A stretch of DNA of 64,000 nt from an uncultured Enterococcus sp. (lineage in GTDB: Bacteria > Bacillota > Bacilli > Lactobacillales > Enterococcaceae): NCBI RefSeq assembly GCF_913775425.1, contig NZ_CAJYIS010000039.1, forward strand, positions 754 through 64,753, given 5' to 3'. Under the pieces are notes generated by a model, which saw only the letters and a list, made by a program, of their open reading frames with translations, was not told the origin of the DNA and made no database searches. This document shows, piece by piece, positions 42,463-51,338 of the stretch. Position 1 is the stretch's first letter, and each line of letters starts with the position of its first letter. A program made the position numbers and the translations under genes.

Positions 42463-42900
42463 TTAAAATCCATCTTCTTCGTTATCTTCTTCAACCAGCT
42501 CAAAGCGTGTAATCCCTTCGATTCCCTGAGATATAAGTAATGGATGAATCGCTGTACTTGTTGCATTTAGATATTGCTGATTGATCGCTTCGATCACCAT
42601 GGGTAAATTGACCCCACTGATCAACTCAACACGTTCTTTAGTTTCTTCGGCTAATTCCCGGCTGATCAACACAGTTTGATTGTATGGACTTGCACTCGCC
42701 AGATCTGTCAAAACGACGACACCTTCTTGACTGTCGACAATTTCAATGGCTCGCTTGATTTTTTGACCGAGTGCCGTGATATCATCTCCTTGTTCTAAAC
42801 TAACGGTTTCTAATTGTTGTGTCGGGCCAACGACCACTTCAGCAGCGTCTTTCAATCCTCGGCTTAAATTCCCATGAGTCGCAATAACGATTCCAATCAT
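42463..42900 (-). CDS. Mannose-family PTS EIIA
   Basis: IVIATHG, LTDL..ASPYN, GVNLPMVIE. Confidence 0.92.
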   Translation of the reverse strand: MIGIVIATHGNLSRGLKDAAEVVVGPTQQLETVSLEQGDDITALGQKIKRAIEIVDSQEGVVVLTDLASASPYNQTVLISRELAEETKERVELISGVNLPMVIEAINQQYLNATSTAIHPLLISQGIEGITRFELVEEDNEEDGF

Positions 42901-42917
42901 CCTTTATTCTCCTTTTA

Positions 42918-43733
42918 TTAAAGACACCATTTAAAAACTTGCGTTAGATTTTCCATATTCAAATAGCGTTCTTTTAATTGTTTTTTTGATAAATAATAGT
43001 GTTGATTTTTTTGTTGAGCAGCAAAGATATACGTCGTTTTGCCCGTCTTTTCCTGTTTGTCCACACGGTGCAACGGCGCATGTGCTCCGATACTATCTAA
43101 ATAGATCCATTGAGCGTTTGGGTTGATGCGCTTATGTTCATTTAAATTTTCCAATCCATAACAACCACGATCGATTAACATGTAAGCCGTGTCTACTTCT
43201 TGTTGTCGGCTCATCTCTAAGATCGCTAAAATCGATGAAGTATTCCGGATCAGATTTTTGCGCACTGGACTACCTTTTGTGACATGACGTAAGCCTAAAA
43301 AGTACAGACCAAATCCAAGTACACTCAACCACGTGATTGGGGAAGAAAAATCAAACGCATGGGGTGCAAATCGAATATAAGTGAGTGTTAAACAGACACC
43401 AAGTACAAACAATAACAGACTAGTCCCATAGAGGTAAGCTAATGTTTTTTTTGCTTGTTTTTTCGTATCAAAAAATGTATACGCGCCGAAAGCTTCCATC
43501 GGTGTATCATAATACGTACAAATGATCCGCTTGGCTTTTTTAACATCTCCAATATAGAGATCACGTGTTATAGGTGCTTGTGTGGATTCCACTACAGTTA
43601 CATCTGTTCGAAACGCAACGATGTCTTTTAACAATGCGTGAATGAACCGTTCTTTTTTGTGGTCACTTTTACGCGAATTGTAGATATATTGATAGCGAAA
43701 TACCCAGTCTTTAAATTGTTCACTTGTTTTCAT
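42918..43733 (-). CDS. Hypothetical membrane protein within the PTS operon
   Basis: Two central TM helices; TYYDTP and NTSS segments resemble a degenerate M28-like fold. Confidence 0.7.
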   Translation of the reverse strand: MKTSEQFKDWVFRYQYIYNSRKSDHKKERFIHALLKDIVAFRTDVTVVESTQAPITRDLYIGDVKKAKRIICTYYDTPMEAFGAYTFFDTKKQAKKTLAYLYGTSLLLFVLGVCLTLTYIRFAPHAFDFSSPITWLSVLGFGLYFLGLRHVTKGSPVRKNLIRNTSSILAILEMSRQQEVDTAYMLIDRGCYGLENLNEHKRINPNAQWIYLDSIGAHAPLHRVDKQEKTGKTTYIFAAQQKNQHYYLSKKQLKERYLNMENLTQVFKWCL

Positions 43734-43748
43734 ACACTCACCTATTTT

Positions 43749-44255
43749 CTATAATCCAAATTGTTTTAATACATCTTGTAAGCTTGATTTTGATGAAGAC
43801 GGCGTCGCTTGAAAATAAATATCTTTTACGCCATAATCTTCATTTAGTTCTTTTAATCGTAAAGCATCTTCCTGATTCAAATAAACTGATTTCGTTATTA
43901 ATACATCTTTTTCAGAATCTTTTTGTGCGATTCCACCGATATTTAACTCTTCCATCGGTAAACCGTGCTTCACTAGCTCATAAATCGTTTTGACCGTTTT
44001 AGCAATCAGGATGCAGTTATAGTCTTTAAATGCAAATTCATCCCAATAAAATTCCGCTTTTTCCGGTGTCACGACGATTGTTTTTTGTCCGGTACGGCTT
44101 CCTGCATTTTTGTATAATTCACGCATAAATTTATCTTTAGCTACAACTTCATCTACGACAAAGATTGAATTTACACCATTTTTTTGTGATAAGGTCACCA
44201 TTACTTGACCATGAATCAATCGTTCATCTACACGTGCTAATATAATTTTTCCCAT
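43749..44255 (-). CDS. Mannose-family PTS EIIB
   Basis: RVDERLIHGQV phospho-His motif. Confidence 0.95.
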   Translation of the reverse strand: MGKIILARVDERLIHGQVMVTLSQKNGVNSIFVVDEVVAKDKFMRELYKNAGSRTGQKTIVVTPEKAEFYWDEFAFKDYNCILIAKTVKTIYELVKHGLPMEELNIGGIAQKDSEKDVLITKSVYLNQEDALRLKELNEDYGVKDIYFQATPSSSKSSLQDVLKQFGL

Positions 44256-44271
44256 TTTTATCGTCTCCCTT

Positions 44272-45126
44272 TTATAAAATACCGATTCCTGCTAATACGA
44301 TTAAGATCCCTGTCAACCAGAGGAGTGCTTTGGTGACATTCAAGCCTTTTTTCGTGTAATACCAATAAACACCCATCACAACAGCTAATGGCAAGATCCC
44401 CGGCATGATCTGATTTAAAATATCTTGAACAACAAATTCGCGTCCAGAGATATCAAATTTCAAACTTGAAGTGACTTTGACATAATTTCCTGCTAACACG
44501 CCCATCATGAATAATCCTAAAACAGACAACATCTCAATGGCGGTTTGCACACCTGTACTTTGCATCAAACCAGAAGCATTTTGTCCCATACTAAATGCCT
44601 GACGAGCAAAGAAAGCACCTAAGACCATTTGATAGATTGAAAAACAAAGAAATGGGAACAACGCTCCTAGAGGACTTCCTTGTTGTGCCCAAGGGACAGC
44701 GATAGCGATAAAGATATATTGGACCGTACCTGAATCGATCGCATCCCCAATTCCTGCTAAAGCACCCATCAAACCAGCTTTAGTATTGTACATCAAATCA
44801 TCTTGCATCAAAATTTCCGTTTGCTCATGTTCTTCTTTGGCACGTTGCTCTTCCATAGAAGACATCAATCCAGTAATGACCCCACCCCCCCAACTCAATT
44901 GGGTATTGAAGAAAAGCAGTTGGCGTTTATATGCTGCTCGTAAATCATCATCGTCTTTATAGATTTTTTTTAAAATCGGCATCATCGCATAAAGAAGTGA
45001 TGGGGCAAGGTAACGTTCGAATGAATGGGGAATCTCCTTAGCAAAATACCAACGTAGGTAGGCCTTCGTCACATCTTTTTTTGTGATCTCTTCTGGTGCG
45101 TGTACATCTGTTGTGATCGTTTTCAT
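44272..45126 (-). CDS. Mannose-family PTS EIID
   Basis: FFNTQ, KAGLMGALAGIGD. Confidence 0.93.
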   Translation of the reverse strand: MKTITTDVHAPEEITKKDVTKAYLRWYFAKEIPHSFERYLAPSLLYAMMPILKKIYKDDDDLRAAYKRQLLFFNTQLSWGGGVITGLMSSMEEQRAKEEHEQTEILMQDDLMYNTKAGLMGALAGIGDAIDSGTVQYIFIAIAVPWAQQGSPLGALFPFLCFSIYQMVLGAFFARQAFSMGQNASGLMQSTGVQTAIEMLSVLGLFMMGVLAGNYVKVTSSLKFDISGREFVVQDILNQIMPGILPLAVVMGVYWYYTKKGLNVTKALLWLTGILIVLAGIGIL

Positions 45127-45144
45127 TTTCTAAATCCCCCTTTA

Positions 45145-45975
45145 TTAAAATCCATCGTCATAATCATCATCATCGCCATCTACTTGACTAGTAGCATGTG
45201 CGACAGGTGGCAATTGATTGTGTTTACGTGCTTGGATAAAGATCAAAGCGATCAATGTTCCAAAAATAGCATAGGTCACCATAGTAATTTTCAATGAAGC
45301 AAATACGACACTGCCAAAATAAGCTAAAAAGAAAAAGACTAGAAAATCTTTACGCCCGATCACATAAACTGTCGTCGCAATCCCGATTGCTGCTAAACCA
45401 CCACCAACTACTTCTAAGATATGGATCACAACAGTCCCTTTCAATGCATTGATCACATCGGCAATCACTGGGGCGCCAAAAAATAGTGCGATAAAAATCA
45501 ATGGTACAAAAAGAGCAAAAGAAGCCAGTGTTGGATATAAAATGATTGAACGCTTGATTGCTTTGACATTAAGATCATTTACTGCTTTATCGGTATATTT
45601 GCCTAAAAACGTGTTGATAAAAAAGCGGACTTGATAGAGATAGCTACCTAAAAGACCTACAGGAACGGCTACTGCGATCGCAGCTTCTGGTTGTAAATTC
45701 CCTAATAATGCGACAGGTACAGCAATCGCTGCTGCTACAGAAGGCTCAGCTGGCATCGAACCACCTGGTGAGAACACACCCATATAAATCATCTGCAAGG
45801 CTGCTGTGACGATCATGGCTTGTGCCACATCTCCCATCACGATTCCGACAAATAATCCCGTCATCATTGGTGAGAAGCGTAAGTTCAATGAAGCTCCTCC
45901 ACCTAACCAACGCGACATGATTCCAGCTACCCATAAAGCAATTAGTAAACTTTGTACCACCGTCAATGTTTCCAT
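45145..45975 (-). CDS. Mannose-family PTS EIIC
   Basis: P...GLFVG..MGD, LQMIYMG...GG, A.A.AVPVGLLG. Confidence 0.93.
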   Translation of the reverse strand: METLTVVQSLLIALWVAGIMSRWLGGGASLNLRFSPMMTGLFVGIVMGDVAQAMIVTAALQMIYMGVFSPGGSMPAEPSVAAAIAVPVALLGNLQPEAAIAVAVPVGLLGSYLYQVRFFINTFLGKYTDKAVNDLNVKAIKRSIILYPTLASFALFVPLIFIALFFGAPVIADVINALKGTVVIHILEVVGGGLAAIGIATTVYVIGRKDFLVFFFLAYFGSVVFASLKITMVTYAIFGTLIALIFIQARKHNQLPPVAHATSQVDGDDDDYDDGF

Positions 45976-45989
45976 GTGTTTCTTCCCCC

Positions 45990-46895
45990 TTAACTAATAT
46001 GTGACACGTGACTTTCATGACCTCCAAAACCATTGCGTAAAGCAGAAACGACTTTTGCTGAGAATGGATCATTTTCTTGTGAAAGATTACGAGCAAATAG
46101 ACTTGAGGCAATCACTGGAACGGCTAGATTCATCTCTAAAGCTGTTTCAACTGTCCACTTCGCTTCACCAGAAGCAGCTACGGTACTACTAAATGTCGCT
46201 AGTTTTGGATCCGCGATCAGTTGTGTTTCCATCAATTCCATCAACCAACTCCGAATCACCGAACCATGGTTCCAAACTTTTGTGACCTTAGTTAGATCAA
46301 AGTCATAGGCACTTTTTTCGACCAATTGTAACCCTTCACCGATCGCTTGCATCATGCCATATTCAATTCCATTGTGGATCATTTTCAAAAAGTGGCCACT
46401 ACCGCTTGCACCAGCGTAAAGATAGCCATCTTGACAAGCAAGATCAGAAAAAAGTGGTTCGATACTTTGGAATACGTGATGCTCACCACCGATCATCAAG
46501 CAAGCATTTTTTCTAGCCCCGCTAATGCCACCAGAAGTCCCACAATCTAGATACCCCAATTTTTTTTCTGCAAACAACGTTGCTCTACGAATCGAATCTT
46601 GATAAAACGAATTCCCACCTTCGATTACGATATCGCTTTCATTTAAAGATTCGCTTAATGCAATCACCATGTTTTCTGTAATCTCTCCTGCTGGTAACAT
46701 CAACCAGATGACTCGGCGACCTGAAAATGCAGCTAAGAAAGGTGCTAGTTCTAAAAAAGTTGGAATCCCTTGGCTTTGTATTGCTTCACACGTTGTAGGC
46801 GAAGTATCTAGCCCTCGTACTTGATACCCTTGTTCCACTAAATTCGATGCGATATTTGCTCCCATTTTCCCCAAACCGATAATTCCGATCTCCAC
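45990..46895 (-). CDS. gnd: 6-phosphogluconate dehydrogenase, decarboxylating (short YqeC/GntZ type)
   Basis: IGLGKMG, DCGTSGG, GHFLKMIHNGIEYGMMQ, LRNGFGGH. GTG start at 46895 behind GAGGAGG. Confidence 0.92.
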   Translation of the reverse strand: MEIGIIGLGKMGANIASNLVEQGYQVRGLDTSPTTCEAIQSQGIPTFLELAPFLAAFSGRRVIWLMLPAGEITENMVIALSESLNESDIVIEGGNSFYQDSIRRATLFAEKKLGYLDCGTSGGISGARKNACLMIGGEHHVFQSIEPLFSDLACQDGYLYAGASGSGHFLKMIHNGIEYGMMQAIGEGLQLVEKSAYDFDLTKVTKVWNHGSVIRSWLMELMETQLIADPKLATFSSTVAASGEAKWTVETALEMNLAVPVIASSLFARNLSQENDPFSAKVVSALRNGFGGHESHVSHIS

Positions 46896-46922
46896 ATGAT
46901 CCCCTCCTCGTTCATAATTCTT

Positions 46923-46971
46923 ATTATACAAAAAAAACTTTTTTTGTAAACGTTAACAAAAAAAGTTTTTT
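46923..46971 (-). promoter_or_regulatory. Promoter with a consensus cre nested in a 16-bp inverted repeat
   Basis: Minus strand TTTACA-16-TATAAT. cre TGTAAACGTTAACA at 46945-46958. Arms AAAAAACTTTTTTTGT (46932-46947) and ACAAAAAAAGTTTTTT (46956-46971). Confidence 0.75.
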
Positions 46972-47440
46972 CGATAAAGATCAATCATATAACAAAACAA
47001 ATGCTATTAAAAAACAACTATCTTTTTAGTTTCTCTTTTCAAAATTTCACAAAATACTCTATAGATAAGAATAGCTGTTTCTTCTTTTAAATGGATACAT
47101 TACATTTATCAAATAAATAAAAAATAGAAAAAACGTTTTAATTTTTTAAAATTTTATTTTTTCTACATTTTTTAGATAAATTTATTTTGTTCATTTTTTC
47201 ACCAAAAAAAAGAGCAGACAAAGATAAAAAAAATGATCCTTTTTATAACTAAAGTTTGTGAATTTTAATTGAATTTCCATAAAAAAAGTGCTATATATTA
47301 GGTGAAAAAAATAATATATCTATATCTAAAAAACAATTTTAGTTTATGGTTTGGCAAAAATTTCTTGATGTTTCCTATTTTATTTGAGTATTTCTGAACA
47401 ATTTTACGTTATTTGTCTTGTCTGAAAGGAGGCGTCTAAA

Positions 47441-48736
47441 ATGACTACGTTTTCTGCTCTAAAATGGATCAGCTGCTTAGGATTAATTGGATTTTTCGTT
47501 ACTACTTCTTTTGTATACGGTGAAGAACAAATGATGATCACGACAAATCAAAATGAAACCTACTATTTACCTGAAGGCGCTCCTTCAACTATGCCTTCCC
47601 AAATCGGGACCGGTGTAACAGATGAAGCACAAATGATTACACTACCTGCTGCACAATCAGGAGATACTCTCTATCCTCAAAGCAATATGACAAATTCAAT
47701 CGCTGAAAGTATCCTAGCAAGTGATGATCGTATCGCTGTAAAAGATACGACGAAATTTCCTTACAGTGCTACTGTTTTTATCTTAACAAAGTTTCCTAAT
47801 GGTACGTTTTATACTGGTAGCGGTTCAATGGTTTCTAGCGATGGTGTCTTGACCGCCGGACATATGATCTATAGCCAAAAAAATGGTGGTTGGGCACAAA
47901 CTGTCACCGTCTATCCAGGACTAAATGGGCATTTGGCTCCGTTTGGATCAGCAAATGCAGCTAAATTGTTTTCAGTTGAGGCATGGACAAAGAATCAAGA
48001 TTCCACCCACGATATTGGATTGATCCGATTAGACACACCCATCGGCTACAAAACAGGTTGGTTTGGTTCAACAACAACTGTGATGCCTAATGAAACGATT
48101 CAGACAAATGGATTTCCAGGAGAAAAAGCAGAAACGATGTGGCAAACAACTGGTATCATCGATGCAATCGAAGATACCATAGTGCACTATACACTAGATA
48201 CGACAAGTGGGCAAAGTGGTAGTCCGGTCTACAATACTCAAAAACAATTAGTTGCAACACATACTTATGGTGGCCAACAAGACAATTTTGGTACTCGCCT
48301 CAATGCAACGATCCTTTCTTGGATCGATTCAGAAACACATAGTTTCGTAGCGAATTTCCGATTATATAATCCTAATTCTGGTGAACATTTTTATACAAAA
48401 AATGCAGCAGAATACGCTCATTTGACAACTCTGGGTTGGCGGGCAGAAGGAATTGCTTGGTTTTCCCCATCTCAAGGGACAGCTGTTTATCGTGTATACA
48501 ATCCAAATTCAGGGATGCACTTTTATACAACATCAGTTGCTGAAAAAACGGGTTTAATTCGACTTGGTTGGCGGGATGAAGGGATCGCTTATCAAGTTTC
48601 TGCAAGTGGTAGTCCGGTTTATCGTGTATACAACAAACACGATGGCCGTCACTTTTATACAAGTAGCGCAAGCGAACGAAACGGGCTTGTCGCTCTGGGT
48701 TGGCGGAATGAAGGGATCGCATGGTATGGACTTTAA
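47441..48736 (+). CDS. Secreted trypsin-like serine protease (glutamyl endopeptidase-like) with C-terminal DUF5648-type repeats
   Basis: Signal peptide; TAGH, HDIGL, GQSGSP triad; three RLYNPNSGEHFYT...GWR.EG repeats. Confidence 0.88.
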   Translation: MTTFSALKWISCLGLIGFFVTTSFVYGEEQMMITTNQNETYYLPEGAPSTMPSQIGTGVTDEAQMITLPAAQSGDTLYPQSNMTNSIAESILASDDRIAVKDTTKFPYSATVFILTKFPNGTFYTGSGSMVSSDGVLTAGHMIYSQKNGGWAQTVTVYPGLNGHLAPFGSANAAKLFSVEAWTKNQDSTHDIGLIRLDTPIGYKTGWFGSTTTVMPNETIQTNGFPGEKAETMWQTTGIIDAIEDTIVHYTLDTTSGQSGSPVYNTQKQLVATHTYGGQQDNFGTRLNATILSWIDSETHSFVANFRLYNPNSGEHFYTKNAAEYAHLTTLGWRAEGIAWFSPSQGTAVYRVYNPNSGMHFYTTSVAEKTGLIRLGWRDEGIAYQVSASGSPVYRVYNKHDGRHFYTSSASERNGLVALGWRNEGIAWYGL

Positions 48737-48740
48737 AAAA

Positions 48741-48772
48741 AAGGGATGTGACAAAAGTCTGTCACATCCCTT
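48741..48772. terminator. Bidirectional terminator (TGTGACA hairpin family)
   Basis: AAGGGATGTGACA-AAAGTC-TGTCACATCCCTT. Confidence 0.85.
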
Positions 48773-48802
48773 AAAATTTTTTCAATAGAACGCGATTTTT
48801 TG

Positions 48803-49630
48803 TTAAGACAACACCCTTACTTCTAAATCGCTGGTATCATACAGTACTTTTGCATGATTTTTTTTGATCAGATTTTTTTTGATCACATTCCCAGTTTTTT
48901 TGTCGACAACTCGTTGATAGATCTCACTGTTGCGATACACGACACCATCTTCTTGACTAAAGAATTCATCTTCTACTTTTATATGATATTTTGCATCGAG
49001 TGGTGTTTCACTGCGAATTTCGCCATATAGATAAGTTTCATCTACGTAGGTGATCAATTGAAATGTTTGATCCGTCACATTTTTAAAACGATAATCAAAA
49101 TAATTATAGACGATCGATGTCCCAGTTCCAAAAGGTACTTTACGTCCAAAATCAGGAAACATATCCACACCATCATGATGATGGTGTTCAACGATCTCTA
49201 AAGGCGTATGCAAGACCATCCAATGAATCAAATTTGTAAACTGACACATGCCCCCGCCGATACCAGAACTTGTTTCTTCTTCTCGACCAACTGTCAATCC
49301 TTCTTTATATCCTAATTTTGCGCTACATTCTCCCACTAATTGCCAAAACGAGAACGTTTCGTTTGGCTGGATCAAGATTCCATTAACTTTTGGCGTCGAT
49401 AATGCAAGATTGATGGCTTTATTGTCTTGTAAATCAGTTCGAATCGTTCCTAATTTCCGACGAATCAATGAATTGTGTTTATAGACTAAGTTTGGTAAAC
49501 GCTCTGCACTAAATCGACGTGCAAATACGTGATTCGATTTACGATCTTGTAATTTTTTGACTAAAATATTTTTTCTGACCGAAATTTTATAGGTCAATGG
49601 CGATATCTCACAAAAAAGTTTTCTTGGCAT
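48803..49630 (-). CDS. VanW family protein (YoaR-like)
   Basis: PNETFSFW..VG, GGGMCQFTNLIHW, Y.D.RFKN.T. Confidence 0.88.
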   Translation of the reverse strand: MPRKLFCEISPLTYKISVRKNILVKKLQDRKSNHVFARRFSAERLPNLVYKHNSLIRRKLGTIRTDLQDNKAINLALSTPKVNGILIQPNETFSFWQLVGECSAKLGYKEGLTVGREEETSSGIGGGMCQFTNLIHWMVLHTPLEIVEHHHHDGVDMFPDFGRKVPFGTGTSIVYNYFDYRFKNVTDQTFQLITYVDETYLYGEIRSETPLDAKYHIKVEDEFFSQEDGVVYRNSEIYQRVVDKKTGNVIKKNLIKKNHAKVLYDTSDLEVRVLS

Positions 49631-49705
49631 ACTCCCACTCTTTCCATTCTTATTTTCCCTAATAACAGTCTATCATAATCATCGTTTTTTTATAAGTTAA
49701 AAAAT

Positions 49706-49863
49706 GAGGTTGTGACAAAAGGTGAGCAGTTCTAAAAATAAGCCGAATCCTTCTGATAACAGGTTCGCCTATTTCGAACATGATTTGGCCTATTTTTGAA
49801 CGAACTACTTCCAAAACACCGTTCATACGATTTTTAAAGGGGGAAGACTTCTGTCATCCCCCT
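49706..49863 (+). repeat. Dispersed structured intergenic repeat, copy 3 (degenerate)
   Basis: GAGGTTGTGACAAAAG...AAATAAGCC...AGGTTCGCCTATTTCG...GGCCTATTTTTGAA...ACACC...GACTTCTGTCATCCCC. Confidence 0.85.
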
Positions 49864-49871
49864 TCTCTCAC

Positions 49872-50261
49872 TTATAATTTTCCAGTCAAGAACTGTGCTT
49901 CACCAAAACCAAATGACCAGTCCGCATCGCTATTTTCAAACAATGAGATCAATACATCTTTACCTTGGATTCCTAACTCTTTTTCAAGTGCAGTCACGAC
50001 CGCTTGATAAAATTTCACTTTATCTTCCTTAGCTCGCGGACGGCTAAACACTTGGATCGAGATTCGATTTGCTGTGCGTTCAAATCCCAGACCCGTGTCT
50101 TCTAAAATCAGCTCATCTTGACTATGACGTGACAAAATTTGATAGCGATCACCTTTAGGGACCTTAAAGACTTCAACGACTTGACGATGGATCACATCTA
50201 AGATCTGTCTCGTCGTTTCTTTGGTAAATGCTTCAGTTACATCGACACGAATTAATGGCAT
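49872..50261 (-). CDS. Tautomerase superfamily protein (YusQ/MSAD-like)
   Basis: Pro-1 (MPLIRVD), DRYQI, WSFG.GEAQF. Confidence 0.9.
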   Translation of the reverse strand: MPLIRVDVTEAFTKETTRQILDVIHRQVVEVFKVPKGDRYQILSRHSQDELILEDTGLGFERTANRISIQVFSRPRAKEDKVKFYQAVVTALEKELGIQGKDVLISLFENSDADWSFGFGEAQFLTGKL

Positions 50262-50336
50262 ACTATCCGCTCCTTGTATTTTAGTGCTTTTAGTGTAGCA
50301 TATTTCAAAAAAAAGAACAGAAAAAAACCTCGCTAA

Positions 50337-51338
50337 TTATACTGGAAATAACCATAAAAATCCTAATGCTGCAACAGTCTGTACGCTACCGACTGACAAC
50401 CCATAAAATAAAAAGCGTGGTCCTTCTTTAATAAAACGTCGCAGATCTAAACGTAACCCAATAGCAGCTAGTGCTGTCGTTTCAAACCATGTACTTAAAA
50501 AATGGGCAATCGTTTCAAAACTAGTTGGTAAACTCACAAAACTATTGAGAATACATACGATCAAAAAACCAGTAACATACCAAGGGATCGGAAATTTTTT
50601 ACGATTGGGTTTCGTGGAAACAGTTGCCGGTCCTTGATTCATTTTTTCAAATACCGCTACTACAACGACTAACAAAATAATTCTCAAGATTTTAAATAGC
50701 ATCGCATATTGAACGACTTGTGGATCGATCAAGCTAGCCCCTGCAACAACTTGACCGACTGATTGAAGCGTTCCTCCGATCAAAGCGCCTTGCGCTAATT
50801 GATCTCCTTGAAATAGACTCGTACCTAAAAATGGTAACGTCAGCATCATCACGGTCCCTAAGAGGTTTACTAATGTAATAATTTGACCCTTTTCTTGATC
50901 ATCTGCTTGAATTGCTGGGGCAATCGCTCCGATCGCTGAAGAACCACACACTGCGTTCCCACCAGCCATCATCATACTCATTTTTTTATTGAATTTAAAT
51001 GCTCCACCTAAATACAACGTACCGATGATCACAATCGTCATCATCACGAAAATGAAAATAAACCCTCTGACACCTAATTGGGCAATCGTTTGAAATGTCA
51101 CGGTAAATCCCAATAATACAACGGAATACTCTAACAAACGACTTTCAGAAAATTTTGTTCCTTTAGCCAGGATAGGTTGCTTAAAGATAGTATTTCCTAA
51201 TACGATCCCTAATAAGATCGCAATCGTAGCACCACCTAATGTTGGAAAAACCAAAGCTAAGGCTTTTGCGACCATTGCGACGACAACTGATAATCCTAGT
51301 CCGGGTGCCAACTCTCGAAATCGGTGCACTTTATCCAT
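50337..51338 (-). CDS. YeiH/PSE family putative sulfate/sulfite exporter
   Basis: LLEYSVVLLG, G.AVCGSSAI.A, GGTLQSVGQVV, K..RIILL, ALAAIGL. Confidence 0.9.
   Translation of the reverse strand: MDKVHRFRELAPGLGLSVVVAMVAKALALVFPTLGGATIAILLGIVLGNTIFKQPILAKGTKFSESRLLEYSVVLLGFTVTFQTIAQLGVRGFIFIFVMMTIVIIGTLYLGGAFKFNKKMSMMMAGGNAVCGSSAIGAIAPAIQADDQEKGQIITLVNLLGTVMMLTLPFLGTSLFQGDQLAQGALIGGTLQSVGQVVAGASLIDPQVVQYAMLFKILRIILLVVVVAVFEKMNQGPATVSTKPNRKKFPIPWYVTGFLIVCILNSFVSLPTSFETIAHFLSTWFETTALAAIGLRLDLRRFIKEGPRFLFYGLSVGSVQTVAALGFLWLFPV

Noticed and set aside
47091-47120. 9-aa ORF MDTLHLSNK in the AT-rich spacer as a signalling peptide
   Set aside because: No RBS, no adjacent Rgg/RNPP regulator; expected by chance.
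48803-49630. VanW as evidence of a vancomycin-resistance cluster
   Set aside because: No vanA/B/H/X/Y/R/S nearby; stand-alone VanW/YoaR homologues are widespread.
30996-49863. CRISPR array or tRNA interpretation of the repeats
   Set aside because: The copies are kilobases apart, with no repeat-spacer periodicity, no cas genes and no cloverleaf features.
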